Below, piece after piece: positions 28,939 to 39,500 of a stretch of 64,000 nt of DNA (the first letter of the stretch is position 1; every line of letters starts with the position of its first letter). The notes under the pieces are model-generated. The model had not been told where the DNA came from and did no database searches. It saw nothing but the letters and a program-made list of their open reading frames with translations. Both the position numbers and the translations under genes were made by a program. The DNA comes from Spirochaetia bacterium (GTDB lineage: Bacteria > Spirochaetota > Spirochaetia > CADAEX01), in assembly GCA_963662795.1 (NCBI GenBank), contig OY759746.1, positions 832,001 through 896,000 of the forward strand, in the 5' to 3' direction.

Positions 28939-31212
28939 CTATGCGCCCCAGGTGATATCTATACCACCACGCCGCCTGATCATTTTTCCTGTTATAAAAT
29001 AAAGAATACTTATTGCGATAAGTACAAAGAAAATTATTAGAGTTGAGTATGCCGCGGCCATGCTTATTCCCCCCTGCTCCCACTCGCTTAAAATAGATGC
29101 TGTTACTATTCTCCACTTGGGACTGACGAGAAACAGGATCGCGGAAAGGCTGGTCATATGTCTTGTAAAACTGAAAATCATCCCCGCGACCATGGCAGGC
29201 ATAATAAGAGGGAGAGTTACCTTGCGGAATGTATACCTTGCGTCCGCACCCATTATGGAAGAAGCTTCTTCCATGGAAGGGTCAATCTGCTGCAAAGAAG
29301 CTATACCCGATCTTACAGAAGCAGGAAGGCTTCTTACTGCGAATGCTGCAAGAATAATATAAGGGGAACCGACAAGTGCAAGCGGTTTGCCCGCAAAAAT
29401 AAGCGCGACTGAGCAGCCTGTCATTACAGCAAGGTTAACGCTGACCCCTTTACCCCTAGATCTTTTTTCAACCGCTATCATAACAGCCATAATCATTAAG
29501 ATACATCCCAGAATCGGGTGAGGCAGCTGGAAGAACAGTTTTATGTAATCCGGAAGCTGGGTCATGGCATTCTTAAATACCCCTGACGGTATGGTTTTAT
29601 TCATGTCTACGATCGGATAAATTACATATTCGATAAGACCGTAAGTTGAAAGGTACAGGCCCATAAACACATACCTTAATCCGGCTTTTCTGTTTTTCCG
29701 GACAAGTTCGGCAATCCCTGAAAGCAGCACTATGGCGGCTACTACATAAACCATCAGCAGTGTTACACTCATAAGTTCAAGATAATGAAGAGCATATGCT
29801 ATCAGAATACCGGCAGCCCCGGTTATGAGCCGCTTCTTTGTGTCAGAAAGCGATACACCCAGAGCAAACAGCAGCATGACTACGAAAAGAAGGTATACCA
29901 GCAGCCTTGGAGAGGTACTGAACGCAAGGACAAAGCCTATACCGAGAATTGTTCCCGGTACTGCACCGCCGAGATTTGAAGTAAAATCAACAACTTCCTT
30001 TCCCATGAACTTTTTACGTACAACAAGAAATGCGACAACCATTCCGAGAAGGACCGCAATAGGAGTCGCTATAATACTCAGGAAGGTCGTATCAAGGATT
30101 GATTCAATTCCGCGGGCGAACATCTGTTTCCACCACTCAAGGCTGAATGAATAATCAAGCCCCCATGCCTTGCTGAAAGAACCGTAAATAATCGCTATAT
30201 AGAGTATCAGAATCAGGATACAGACAATATATGTTGTAACTATAAAAGGCCACCTGATCCACCCTTCCTTTTCCTCCATTATTCCGCCGGTCGGTTTTCC
30301 TGTTACAGATACATATGACCTTCTTGAAACATAATATCTCTGTACCAGAAAAATTATCAGTGTAGGGATAAGAAGGACAACAGATAATGCTGATGCCTTC
30401 TGGTAATCATATTCACCTGCTATGGCAAGGAATATCTGGGCTGAGAGGACAGTAGTATTGCCCGATATAAACAGAGGGTTTCCAAGGTCTGCAAGCGATT
30501 CAACAAAAAGGAGAAGAAACGCCCCTGCGATTCCCGGGATAAGCAGCGGTATGGTTACTGTCCTGAAAATATGTATTTTCCCTGCTCCCATGCTCCGTGC
30601 GGCCTCTTCCATGGAAGGATCAAGCCGTTCAAGCATTGCCCGCATGATAAGATACGCGACAGAAAAGAATGTAATAATCTGGACAAAAACAAGACCGTCC
30701 ATTCCATAAAGATCGTTTGATCCCTGGGGAAACTGCATACCAAGCAGGCCCCTTGAGATAAGCCCGTTTCTCCCGAACAGAAGGATGGAACTCAGCGCCA
30801 ACGCAAAAGGGGGCGATACAGTAGGGACAAGAGCAAGGATATGGACAAACTTTTTCCCCGGTACACGGCATCTGACAATAGTATAGGCAAATATAAATCC
30901 GAGAAGTGTTCCTCCGGAAGCAGTCAGAAGGCCCATTCGGAGAGTATCGGCAAAGATTCTTCTTGCAGTAGGTCCGTAATAAGAGTCAAAATATCTGTAA
31001 AAAAATTGCAGATTAAAATTACCCTGAGTATCGACAAAACCGTTAATGGCGGTCTTCATTATCGGATAAACAATAAATGCTATAAGAAAAAGCGAGCTTA
31101 AAAGCAGACTGAGAGCCAGGATATGATCCCGGAAAATCAGACTGAATTCCTGTATTCTCTGCTTAAGAGGGGAAACCCTTCTCATCCGGTTCTGCTGAAC
31201 ATCTGATGACAT
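28939..31212 (-). CDS. Fe3+/sugar-phosphate-type ABC transporter permease (AfuB/FbpB-like, two BPD_transp_1 modules, extra TM insertion)
   Basis: Two EAA loops (MEEAARSMGA, MEEASSIMGA) and ADLGNP. ATG 31212 has a GGAGG SD. Confidence 0.88.
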   Translation of the reverse strand: MSSDVQQNRMRRVSPLKQRIQEFSLIFRDHILALSLLLSSLFLIAFIVYPIMKTAINGFVDTQGNFNLQFFYRYFDSYYGPTARRIFADTLRMGLLTASGGTLLGFIFAYTIVRCRVPGKKFVHILALVPTVSPPFALALSSILLFGRNGLISRGLLGMQFPQGSNDLYGMDGLVFVQIITFFSVAYLIMRAMLERLDPSMEEAARSMGAGKIHIFRTVTIPLLIPGIAGAFLLLFVESLADLGNPLFISGNTTVLSAQIFLAIAGEYDYQKASALSVVLLIPTLIIFLVQRYYVSRRSYVSVTGKPTGGIMEEKEGWIRWPFIVTTYIVCILILILYIAIIYGSFSKAWGLDYSFSLEWWKQMFARGIESILDTTFLSIIATPIAVLLGMVVAFLVVRKKFMGKEVVDFTSNLGGAVPGTILGIGFVLAFSTSPRLLVYLLFVVMLLFALGVSLSDTKKRLITGAAGILIAYALHYLELMSVTLLMVYVVAAIVLLSGIAELVRKNRKAGLRYVFMGLYLSTYGLIEYVIYPIVDMNKTIPSGVFKNAMTQLPDYIKLFFQLPHPILGCILMIMAVMIAVEKRSRGKGVSVNLAVMTGCSVALIFAGKPLALVGSPYIILAAFAVRSLPASVRSGIASLQQIDPSMEEASSIMGADARYTFRKVTLPLIMPAMVAGMIFSFTRHMTSLSAILFLVSPKWRIVTASILSEWEQGGISMAAAYSTLIIFFVLIAISILYFITGKMIRRRGGIDITWGA

Positions 31213-31250
31213 AAAATCCTCCATGTACATATAATAAAACTCATGGCAGT

Positions 31251-31310
31251 AAAAAAAGCCTGTTCACCGGAGCACTTGATAATTGAGTGTTATCCGCATG
31301 AACAGGCCTT
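31251..31310 (-). terminator. Long stem-loop with U-tract between the binding-protein and permease genes
   Basis: GCCTGTTCA...TGAACAGGC outer stem with inner pairing, followed by T7 on the minus strand. Typical stoichiometry-setting element of ABC operons. Confidence 0.7.
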
Positions 31311-31324
31311 TCATTCAGCAGCTA

Positions 31325-32371
31325 CTATTTTTTAAGGTTATCAGCACCTGCAAGTTCGTTGGAAAATTTATCTATAAATTCTTTTTTATGATCGCCTGCC
31401 CACTGAAAATCGTAGGGGATGAGTTTTACCTGAAGAAGTTCAGGATGTGAAAGTTCAACACCTTTTACAGTTGGAGCCTGGTATGCCTTGTATTTCGGCC
31501 CGAGAGACTGTGCTTCAGCTGTAAGGGCCCAGTCAAACCATTTTTTCGCATTGGCAATATTTTTGCCGTTTGCAAGAATGCCCATTCCGCCGATCTCGTA
31601 GCCTGTCCCTTCTTTCGGGAAAGTAAGTTCAAGAGGAAGTTTATTATCGTCAATTTCGTGTACAATATCATGTGAGAAAACTATACCGACAGCGGCTTCG
31701 CCCTGTCCTACAAATTTGGCAGGAGCTGCGCCTGACTTTGTAAACTGGTGGACCTGACCGGCATATTTGCGGAGGTATTCCCATCCTTTTTCCTCTCCCC
31801 GGATCTGGAGTACTGTCGCAAGCGCTGTATAGGATGTTCCTGAAGTTGAAGGATGGGCAACAAGGATCTGTCCTTTCAGTTTCGGATCAAGAAGATCATC
31901 CCATGATGTAGGAGCTTTTGCTCCCGGGTTAGCTGCAAGCCAGTTTTTGTTTGTACAGAAAGCAAGTGATCCTACATAGATTCCTACATAATAATCGTCT
32001 TTGTCTTTATACTTTTTGCTGTCAAGAAGATTTTTGTAGCTGGGTGATTTGTATGCGGCAAGAAGGCCTTCATTCTTTGCAGCGACAAAGCTGTCCATGG
32101 GACCGCCCCACCATATATCAAACTGCGGATTGTCTTTTTCCGCCCTGATTCTGGCAAGAGATTCGCCGCTTGACATTCTTACATAGTTGACTGTAATGCC
32201 GTATTTTTTTTCAAATTCCTGCTTCATTCCCTGACACCATTCTTCCTGCGGTGTCGCAAGTACGTTAAGCTCTGTTGTTTCCGCTTCAGCTTCTGTCTTG
32301 CCCATGGCAAAAATGCCGGGTGCAAGGAAAGAAATAATGATTAAAACAAATAACACTTTTTTCATATTCAA
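31325..32371 (-). CDS. ABC transporter substrate-binding protein (AfuA-like, SBP_bac_6)
   Basis: RMSSGE, DIWWGGP, HPSTSGTSY, FTKSGAAP and EGTGYEIGG. Confidence 0.9.
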   Translation of the reverse strand: MNMKKVLFVLIIISFLAPGIFAMGKTEAEAETTELNVLATPQEEWCQGMKQEFEKKYGITVNYVRMSSGESLARIRAEKDNPQFDIWWGGPMDSFVAAKNEGLLAAYKSPSYKNLLDSKKYKDKDDYYVGIYVGSLAFCTNKNWLAANPGAKAPTSWDDLLDPKLKGQILVAHPSTSGTSYTALATVLQIRGEEKGWEYLRKYAGQVHQFTKSGAAPAKFVGQGEAAVGIVFSHDIVHEIDDNKLPLELTFPKEGTGYEIGGMGILANGKNIANAKKWFDWALTAEAQSLGPKYKAYQAPTVKGVELSHPELLQVKLIPYDFQWAGDHKKEFIDKFSNELAGADNLKK

Positions 32372-32478
32372 ATTCCTCCTTTAGAAATCCAAAACTGATT
32401 ATAACACCTAGGTATCATTTAAGCAAATTATTTGAAGCAATTTGCCATTGTGCATATCAGAATGCTCTTCCGAGGGTT

Positions 32479-33798
32479 TTACAACGGCTGTTTTCCCAGA
32501 ATCTTGAGAATATACTCTCCGATTGACCGGGATGTAAGACGGACTGCCTTTACAGCAGCCTCATCCGCAATTATCTTCAATTCAGATTCTTTTTTAAGGC
32601 GGATATCCCCAATCATTTTTTCGATACTTTCAAGCATATCCAAGATCTTTTCAGGATCACCTGAAAGGGATTGCTTACCTGTCCCGACGGGCGCTCCTGT
32701 AAATTCTCCCATAAAATTTTCACCGAACCCCTCAGGCAAACCATATCCTGACGGGGAAACGCTCTCATTTTTTTCAAGTTTTTCAGCAGTTTCAGCTGAT
32801 TTTAGAAGCAGTTCAGTAATCTCATCGCCACGGTCATGCTCATCATAGCCTTCCCCGTTAACCCTTCTGGCCTCTTCCCTTAAAAGCATATAGTCTTCCG
32901 CGTCAAACGAATCATTTATAAGCTGCACAATCCTCATGTCTTTGGCAAAGATATACCCGATATAAAATATTATCAGAACAAGAATGGAAATAAGGGTCAA
33001 AACAAGAACAAGCATTATTTTGTCATGCTGTCTCATAATATCTGCTCCGTCTGCGAGCACACCCTCAACCGGAAGGGATGACCCGCCGGCAGAAGCAGTC
33101 TGCTTAGTCAGATTAACCTCTATATACCAGCCGGTGCTTTCCAGTTTTTCCCTGTAACCGGCGTAATCAGTACTTTCTTTTCCGTCCCTGCCGAACAGTA
33201 CAGAGTTATCTGTATAATAAATTATTCTCGGGTCTCTTTCAGCCGTCATTCTCACCCTGTTTCTGGATAAATCATATACAGTTTCGTAATAAGCGGTTCT
33301 GTTGGTAATCAGATAATCCGTAAGCATTATGTCGACAACAGCAAGTCCCGAGACAAAAACAAGAACTATTGTTACCCCTATCTTCATCACCCTTTCCTGA
33401 ATAAAGACGGAATCGCCTTTCATCTTCTTCAGAAAGCTGAAAATACGCAAGAATCTGAGCACCCGGATTATCTTGAAAAACCTGCCTATCCGCATAACCT
33501 TGAAAAGCCCGAAATACTGGCCGAACTGCATGAAAGCGGCAAGCCCCGGTATACATGCGAGAAAATCCACCCATCCATAAGCTTTGAAAAAATATTTCTT
33601 TGATGGAAATGAAATAAGGCGCAGGGTAAAATCCAGCAGGAAAAGAAGATCAATGATCTTGTTGATTTCAGTGATGTACTCCTTAAAGGCTGTATATTCA
33701 AGGACAAGTCCTGCTATAGAGGCAATAACGATGTAGGGATTGAAAAAATCTATCAGGAAAACAAGTTTTTCAAATCTCCTGTCGGGTTTTAAATTCAT
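32479..33798 (-). CDS. Ion_trans-type voltage-sensor domain protein without a pore, fused to a TM-periplasmic-TM-HAMP-like module
   Basis: S2 LFLLDFTLR, S3 GWVDFLACIP and S4 KVMRIGRFFKIIRVLRFLR. No GYG or P-loop; two further TMs flank a ~100-aa loop. Confidence 0.75.
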   Translation of the reverse strand: MNLKPDRRFEKLVFLIDFFNPYIVIASIAGLVLEYTAFKEYITEINKIIDLLFLLDFTLRLISFPSKKYFFKAYGWVDFLACIPGLAAFMQFGQYFGLFKVMRIGRFFKIIRVLRFLRIFSFLKKMKGDSVFIQERVMKIGVTIVLVFVSGLAVVDIMLTDYLITNRTAYYETVYDLSRNRVRMTAERDPRIIYYTDNSVLFGRDGKESTDYAGYREKLESTGWYIEVNLTKQTASAGGSSLPVEGVLADGADIMRQHDKIMLVLVLTLISILVLIIFYIGYIFAKDMRIVQLINDSFDAEDYMLLREEARRVNGEGYDEHDRGDEITELLLKSAETAEKLEKNESVSPSGYGLPEGFGENFMGEFTGAPVGTGKQSLSGDPEKILDMLESIEKMIGDIRLKKESELKIIADEAAVKAVRLTSRSIGEYILKILGKQPL

Positions 33799-33813
33799 TG
33801 TTTTCTCCTGTCT

Positions 33814-35049
33814 TCAGAAATTATAGCGTGTCATAAACATGTCGGAAGGTTGTATAATATTTTTATTTTTTGTCAGATATTTTTTCATACTTGAAATTAT
33901 TTCCCGTGATTCAGCCTTGAAATGTGTTATTTTACCTGACGCGATATTAAAAGCGTTATTGACCAGCATATTAATACGCTCGTCTGAATCATAAAGTTTT
34001 CGGAGTTTTTCCCGCTGATTTTCCTTGATTGAAAAATACCTTCCTGATATCTCCATCACCTGCATTATCAGGATATAGGTAAAAACCGAGATAAACAGTA
34101 TGGCGCAATAAAATACCGGATGAATTCTTCCCAGGTTATCGTTTGCAAAGTTTTTAAGGCTTACAGAAAGATGCATACTTTCCAGAGTCTCAGGTTTTGC
34201 GGAATTGAGCAGCTGATAGAGTACAAAATATGAAAGGATTTCCTCATAATCACCGCCCCATCTGGATGCAATAATCTTAAGATATTCCTTAATGAAAATT
34301 GAATACCTGTCAATTTCATATCCGCACATAAGACAGTAAACTCTCGGGTTGTAAATACTCTTTGAAATTTTGCTGCCGAAAGCTTCAATCAGAAACTCTT
34401 TTTCAGGGATCTTCCTCTCATTTACCATCGCAAGTTTTTCAACCGACAGAAAACTATGTTCAATTATTTCCATTATTTTTTCAGCGTATCTGAACGGGCC
34501 CTGACCGACAATTGTGACATCGGATGAGACTATTACCTCATCAGGGTCAAGCCCTGCCGAAACCGGCCTGTCTGCGAGCCTGGAAAGGGCATCAAACCGG
34601 AGAAGGCTGTAATAAATAAATACCTCCTGATCTGTAAGCCCGATAGCCTCTGTCCTCAGTTCCTCAAGCAGTTTCTTTTCAATCTGCGGATTCATCCGCG
34701 TAAAATCCGCATTTTCAATTTTTTTATGGAATATTGATTTATTAATAAGGATTTTCTCTTCAGGAAAATAAAATTTAAGGCTTTCCCCGTCTTCAGCGCT
34801 TCCTGCGCCCCTGGTAAGGATAAGCGGGGCGGATATGTCCCTTACCGTAACTTTATTTTGAGAAGAGTTCTGCTGCAGCGCATCCTCTCCCATTTTTTTC
34901 CATTCTTTCAATATATCCGCTATTGAATCGTTTGAGAGGCCGGGGATAAGCTTCAGGAGCCCGGCAACAGCCTGCAGCGGGATTATTGATTCCGAATTAA
35001 AGAATTTAAAAAGATAAGATGCGATTGCTGCTGCATGATTTTCTGCCAT
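33814..35049 (-). CDS. Hypothetical protein (411 aa)
   Basis: Long ORF with SD, 15-20 bp from both neighbours, with no recognisable motif. Confidence 0.8.
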   Translation of the reverse strand: MAENHAAAIASYLFKFFNSESIIPLQAVAGLLKLIPGLSNDSIADILKEWKKMGEDALQQNSSQNKVTVRDISAPLILTRGAGSAEDGESLKFYFPEEKILINKSIFHKKIENADFTRMNPQIEKKLLEELRTEAIGLTDQEVFIYYSLLRFDALSRLADRPVSAGLDPDEVIVSSDVTIVGQGPFRYAEKIMEIIEHSFLSVEKLAMVNERKIPEKEFLIEAFGSKISKSIYNPRVYCLMCGYEIDRYSIFIKEYLKIIASRWGGDYEEILSYFVLYQLLNSAKPETLESMHLSVSLKNFANDNLGRIHPVFYCAILFISVFTYILIMQVMEISGRYFSIKENQREKLRKLYDSDERINMLVNNAFNIASGKITHFKAESREIISSMKKYLTKNKNIIQPSDMFMTRYNF

Positions 35050-35069
35050 AACATAACCTGTCCTTTAAA

Positions 35070-36401
35070 TTATTTACTTGATTTAATTTCCATATTCCTT
35101 TTCTCAGCCATATCTTTTATCTTTTCCGCAAAAACCGGATAACGTTCAAGTACCCTGTCGAAAATATCCTTATTGAGCCTGTAAAGGTCGCAGTATTCCC
35201 TGGTTTTTATTGTCGCTGTCCGGGGGGTGCTCAAAAGCAGTGCAATTTCTCCGAAAAAATGTCCTGCGGACAGTGTCGCGTAAACAATTTTTTCATCCTC
35301 TGAAACAACATCAACAGTTCCGCGGCTTATAAAAAACATGTCGTATCCTATTTCCCCTTTTTTAACCACATAATCATCAGGAGTATAAACAACAGGCTCA
35401 AGATTAAGAATTATATCACGGATAAGGGCATCTCCGGCACCCCGGAAAAGAGGAACCTTTTCTATCATCTCCTTGTTCAGAAAAATGGAAACATTGGTTT
35501 TAAGTGAAACCGGCAGCTCATGAAGAACAGATGTTTCATCATACCCCCGTCTTGTTTCCCAGATATAATTATAGTAGTCATTTACCTTTTTCTGTAAATC
35601 TGAAGGAAGATTCCTGTACTGCATGAAGGTATTTATCTTTTCAATTTTTTCCCTCTGCTGGGCCCGTGCTATATCAAGATTGGCGATAAGGTTTGCAATA
35701 TTACCGATAATAAAACCGTAAAGTCCTGCTCCGATAATCTCAACACATATTGTATACAGCATCTGGATAGTTTCCTTTGGAGTAATATCGCCATACCCTA
35801 TTGTTGTCAGTGTCGTTATAGTCCAGTAAAAAGCCATAATATACTGTTTTACGTTACTGATATCCGCAAGGTCCCCCTCAATGTAAATCCATCCGCAGGC
35901 GACAAGATGGGCTGTGACAAGTATCCAGAAAACAAGCAAGACCATTCTCACTATATTTGGATTAAGAAGAATTGAGGTCCTTGCCCTCCTCAAGGTCTGA
36001 ACTGCCCTGAAAAGTTTAAGAAGCCTTGCAAGTCTTAATAAATTAAGGGTCTGAAGCGTTACTGCGAATCCTGATCCCCCGAGGATAAACCAGAATGGAA
36101 TAGTAGCAGCAAGATCTATCCAGAACCACCCCCGAAGATATATCTTTAAAACTTCCATTCTGCTTGTAATCAGTTTTCTTTTTACGATAACAGCAGTATT
36201 AAAGCGGATAAGAATATCGATTAAAAATATAAAGGTAAGAATAAGTTCTGTAATATCAGCGGAATGCTCAGCGCTTCCGTTAAAAAAAACAACATAGACA
36301 GGTATATTTATTATTGTCCAGATTATTACAAAGAGAACAAATATTTCCCATGCAAATCTGATTCTATTGTCAGGCCTGACCATTTTAATTCCTGTAAGCA
36401 T
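35070..36401 (-). CDS. Cyclic nucleotide-gated potassium channel (SthK-like)
   Basis: S1-S4, pore YWTITTLTTIGYGDITP, C-linker and CNBD FFGEIALL...PRTATI. Confidence 0.93.
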   Translation of the reverse strand: MLTGIKMVRPDNRIRFAWEIFVLFVIIWTIINIPVYVVFFNGSAEHSADITELILTFIFLIDILIRFNTAVIVKRKLITSRMEVLKIYLRGWFWIDLAATIPFWFILGGSGFAVTLQTLNLLRLARLLKLFRAVQTLRRARTSILLNPNIVRMVLLVFWILVTAHLVACGWIYIEGDLADISNVKQYIMAFYWTITTLTTIGYGDITPKETIQMLYTICVEIIGAGLYGFIIGNIANLIANLDIARAQQREKIEKINTFMQYRNLPSDLQKKVNDYYNYIWETRRGYDETSVLHELPVSLKTNVSIFLNKEMIEKVPLFRGAGDALIRDIILNLEPVVYTPDDYVVKKGEIGYDMFFISRGTVDVVSEDEKIVYATLSAGHFFGEIALLLSTPRTATIKTREYCDLYRLNKDIFDRVLERYPVFAEKIKDMAEKRNMEIKSSK

Positions 36402-36525
36402 ATATATTTATATCCAGTAAAAAGTATTTTGCTTCTATTATCGATATACATGGCTTTAAAAATTAGGACGTATTTGCGTTATAATGCATTTCCTGCCGGC
36501 AGCCGGGGATGTAAAATACGGCAGA

Positions 36526-39500
36526 TCAGGCAATCTTATCGGGATTTTCAATCTCCCTGGCGTTGATAATAAGCATCTGAAGTCTGTTTTCGACATTTCC
36601 GATACTTGTATCCGGGTCATAGTCAAGCGCTATAATCTGGGATCCGGGACAAAGTTTTTTTAATGTCTTGATCATACCCCTGCCTGTTATATGATTGGGA
36701 AGGCATCCGAAAGGCTGCATTATTACAAATGAGTTTACGCCGGAGGCAAACATCTCCATAATCTCTCCAGGGAGTTTCCACCCTTCAGCGCCGATATATG
36801 TCACATCCATAAAAGGCTTAATATTGTCGACCAGGTTATAGATATTACCCCGGTGTTCATGAAACCGGAATTCCCTTTTTATAACACCCCAGATTTTTGT
36901 ATGAACAAAATCGTATATCCTGTCTGTGATGTCGTGAACCAGGTAATGGAAAAATGAATTGGGCGCCATTTTCCGTCTGCCGAGCTCTTTTTCTATTATC
37001 GCGGTTTTCCTGAAAAAATCGTGCATCGCCGGCTGAACAACTTCCATACCGTTAAGCTCAAGGTAGGACTCAATGTAGCAGTTTGCGGCAGGATGGTAGT
37101 TGACAAGTATTTCACCGACTATACCTACTCTGGGCTTTCTTTTGTCTGCAAATATTTCGATTCTGTTAAAATCCATTACAGCATCCCGTAAAAGACCAAG
37201 AAGCACATTTCTGCCCCTGTGGATATTTTCGCCGAGTCTTTTAATGTGCCGGTTGAATATAATGTCTGTGAGCCCCTTGTTTGTTTCGTACGGCCTTATC
37301 CTCCTGAGCATCATTTCATAGGTATCGACAATAGTCAGTCCCCAAAGCATTCTTGTCTGATCCTTTAAGGTCATTTTAAATCCCGGGTGAATCCCTTTAG
37401 TATCCTTTCCGGTTGTCACAATGGGAACTTCAGGATAGCCTGCCTCATCAAGCGCTTTCCTCGCGAGAGCCGCGTATTGGCCGGCCCTGCATGCTTCGCA
37501 GTTTTTGGCAACACCAAGGGCAAACCTTGTTTTTGCGCCCTCTGCCTTTTCAAGATAAGCCAGTGCCTCTCCTATATTTATCTGGGCGGGATAGCATATA
37601 TCGTTGTGAACATATTTTTTCCCCAGCTCTATTGCCCTTTTGTCCGCGACAGGCAGCGGCTTGATGCTGATTCCGTTTTTTCGCATAACGGAAGAAAAAA
37701 TAAGGGAAAATGCCGGGGAGAGATTCGGAGCAAGAACTATCTTTTCCTTTCTGTCCTTCTTTGTGTATATAACCTTTTTTTCACATATAAACGGGACGGC
37801 TTTCACGGAAGCGCCATCAGCATTTTCCTTCTTTCTCCTCGCCCTTATTGTCTCTATAAAAGACTTGATCCTGATGTTAAGCGGGCCGGCAGATTCACCT
37901 TCATCAAGCTTCAGGATCAGCATCTCCTTACTGCTCCGTTTCTTAAGTTCCCTGGCCATTTCATCTGAAATAATCGCGTCATGACCGCATCCGAAACTTA
38001 CAATCTGGACTATCTCAAGGTTGGGATGAAGAGCCGCTTCTATCGCAGCCCCGTCCATTCTGGTATGAAAGGTAATTGTAGTTTCCATCCTGACATCGGA
38101 AAGATCATGCTTATCAAGACCGGGGAGGGAATCGAGCGTAAGAACCGGAATGCCCAGTGATGTAAAATAGCGGGAAATGCTGTGATTAACAAGCAGATCT
38201 GAATGGTATGGCCTTCCCGCAAGCAGTACCGCGAAATTACTGCTTCCTTCAAGACCTGAAAGAACACGCGAGCCTTCTTCCCTCATTTTTGCCTTGAATA
38301 ATGCCATCGCACAGTTACCCTGCTCAATCGCATTTTTTACGGCACCCCCTTTAAGGGAAAACTCACTGGAAAACCAGGAGGTAATCTGCCTGTTCTTGAG
38401 TTTTTCATTATACCAGTGAAAAATCGGGGTATCAATTTTAATACCGGTTCTCGTAAAAAGATCGCTGCTTTTTTCAACAACCATCGGATACCCCTGAAGC
38501 ATAACGCAAGTGTGGTTTCCCTCAGCCGTGTTGTTTTCCCTCGGCAGCCGCACCATCATGGGAAGAAATATCCTGTCAACGCCTTTCGAAGCAAGCTCCT
38601 CTACATGCCCGTGAACAAGCTTTGCGGGAAAACAGGCGGTATCTGAAGGAATATACTGAAGTCCTTTCTCATAAATGTCATAGCTCGAAGGGGAGGAGAC
38701 AACTACATCAAACCCGAGGGCGGTAAAAAGCGTTCTCCAGAACGGAAGGCTGTTCCAGAATTCGAGTGTTCTCGGAATGCCGATCCTCAGCGGTCTTAAT
38801 GCATTACCCGGATCAGAAATATTTACAAGGGTACGTGATTTTCCCCTTCCTGCAGATCTGCCGCGGTAATTACTTTTTAAAAGTTCCTGTGAAAATACCC
38901 TTTTTACCGGATACTCTTTCATTAAAAGGGTGTTGTGAAGCTTAACCATGTCGGGTACGGAATCAAGCCTCTCGCGGGTATCTTTAAGTCTTTTTTTAAT
39001 GTCCGGGCTTTCCTGATTTCCGACTATCTCCCCTTTCTCGCATCTGTTTCCTGTAATGTGGTTATTGCCGTTGGTAAAAGATATTATGGTTCTGCTGCAG
39101 TGATTCGCGCAGAAACTGCAGATCATGGACGGCTGTTTAATATAATCAAGATCCTTGAGGGCCTCAAATCCCGCGAAACGGCTTAAAGGGACAGCCTGGC
39201 CGGCGGAGACGGCTTTTTCCTCCATCTGTTTCTTCACAAGGAGCGCAATTCCGAAGGCCCCCATTTCGCCCGGATACGGGGCCCTTACGACATTTCTGCC
39301 TGTATACTGTTCAAAAGCCCTTAAAACCGCGTCATTTCTGAAAGTTCCGCCCTGTACAACTATTTTTTCTCCCAGATCATTGAAGTTGGATATCCTCACT
39401 ACTTTTGTAAAGACATTTTCAATTATCGATCTGCTTATCCCGGCCAGGATATCTTCTGTTTTCTTGCCGTTTTTCTGTTCAGTGATTATTGAGCTGTTCA

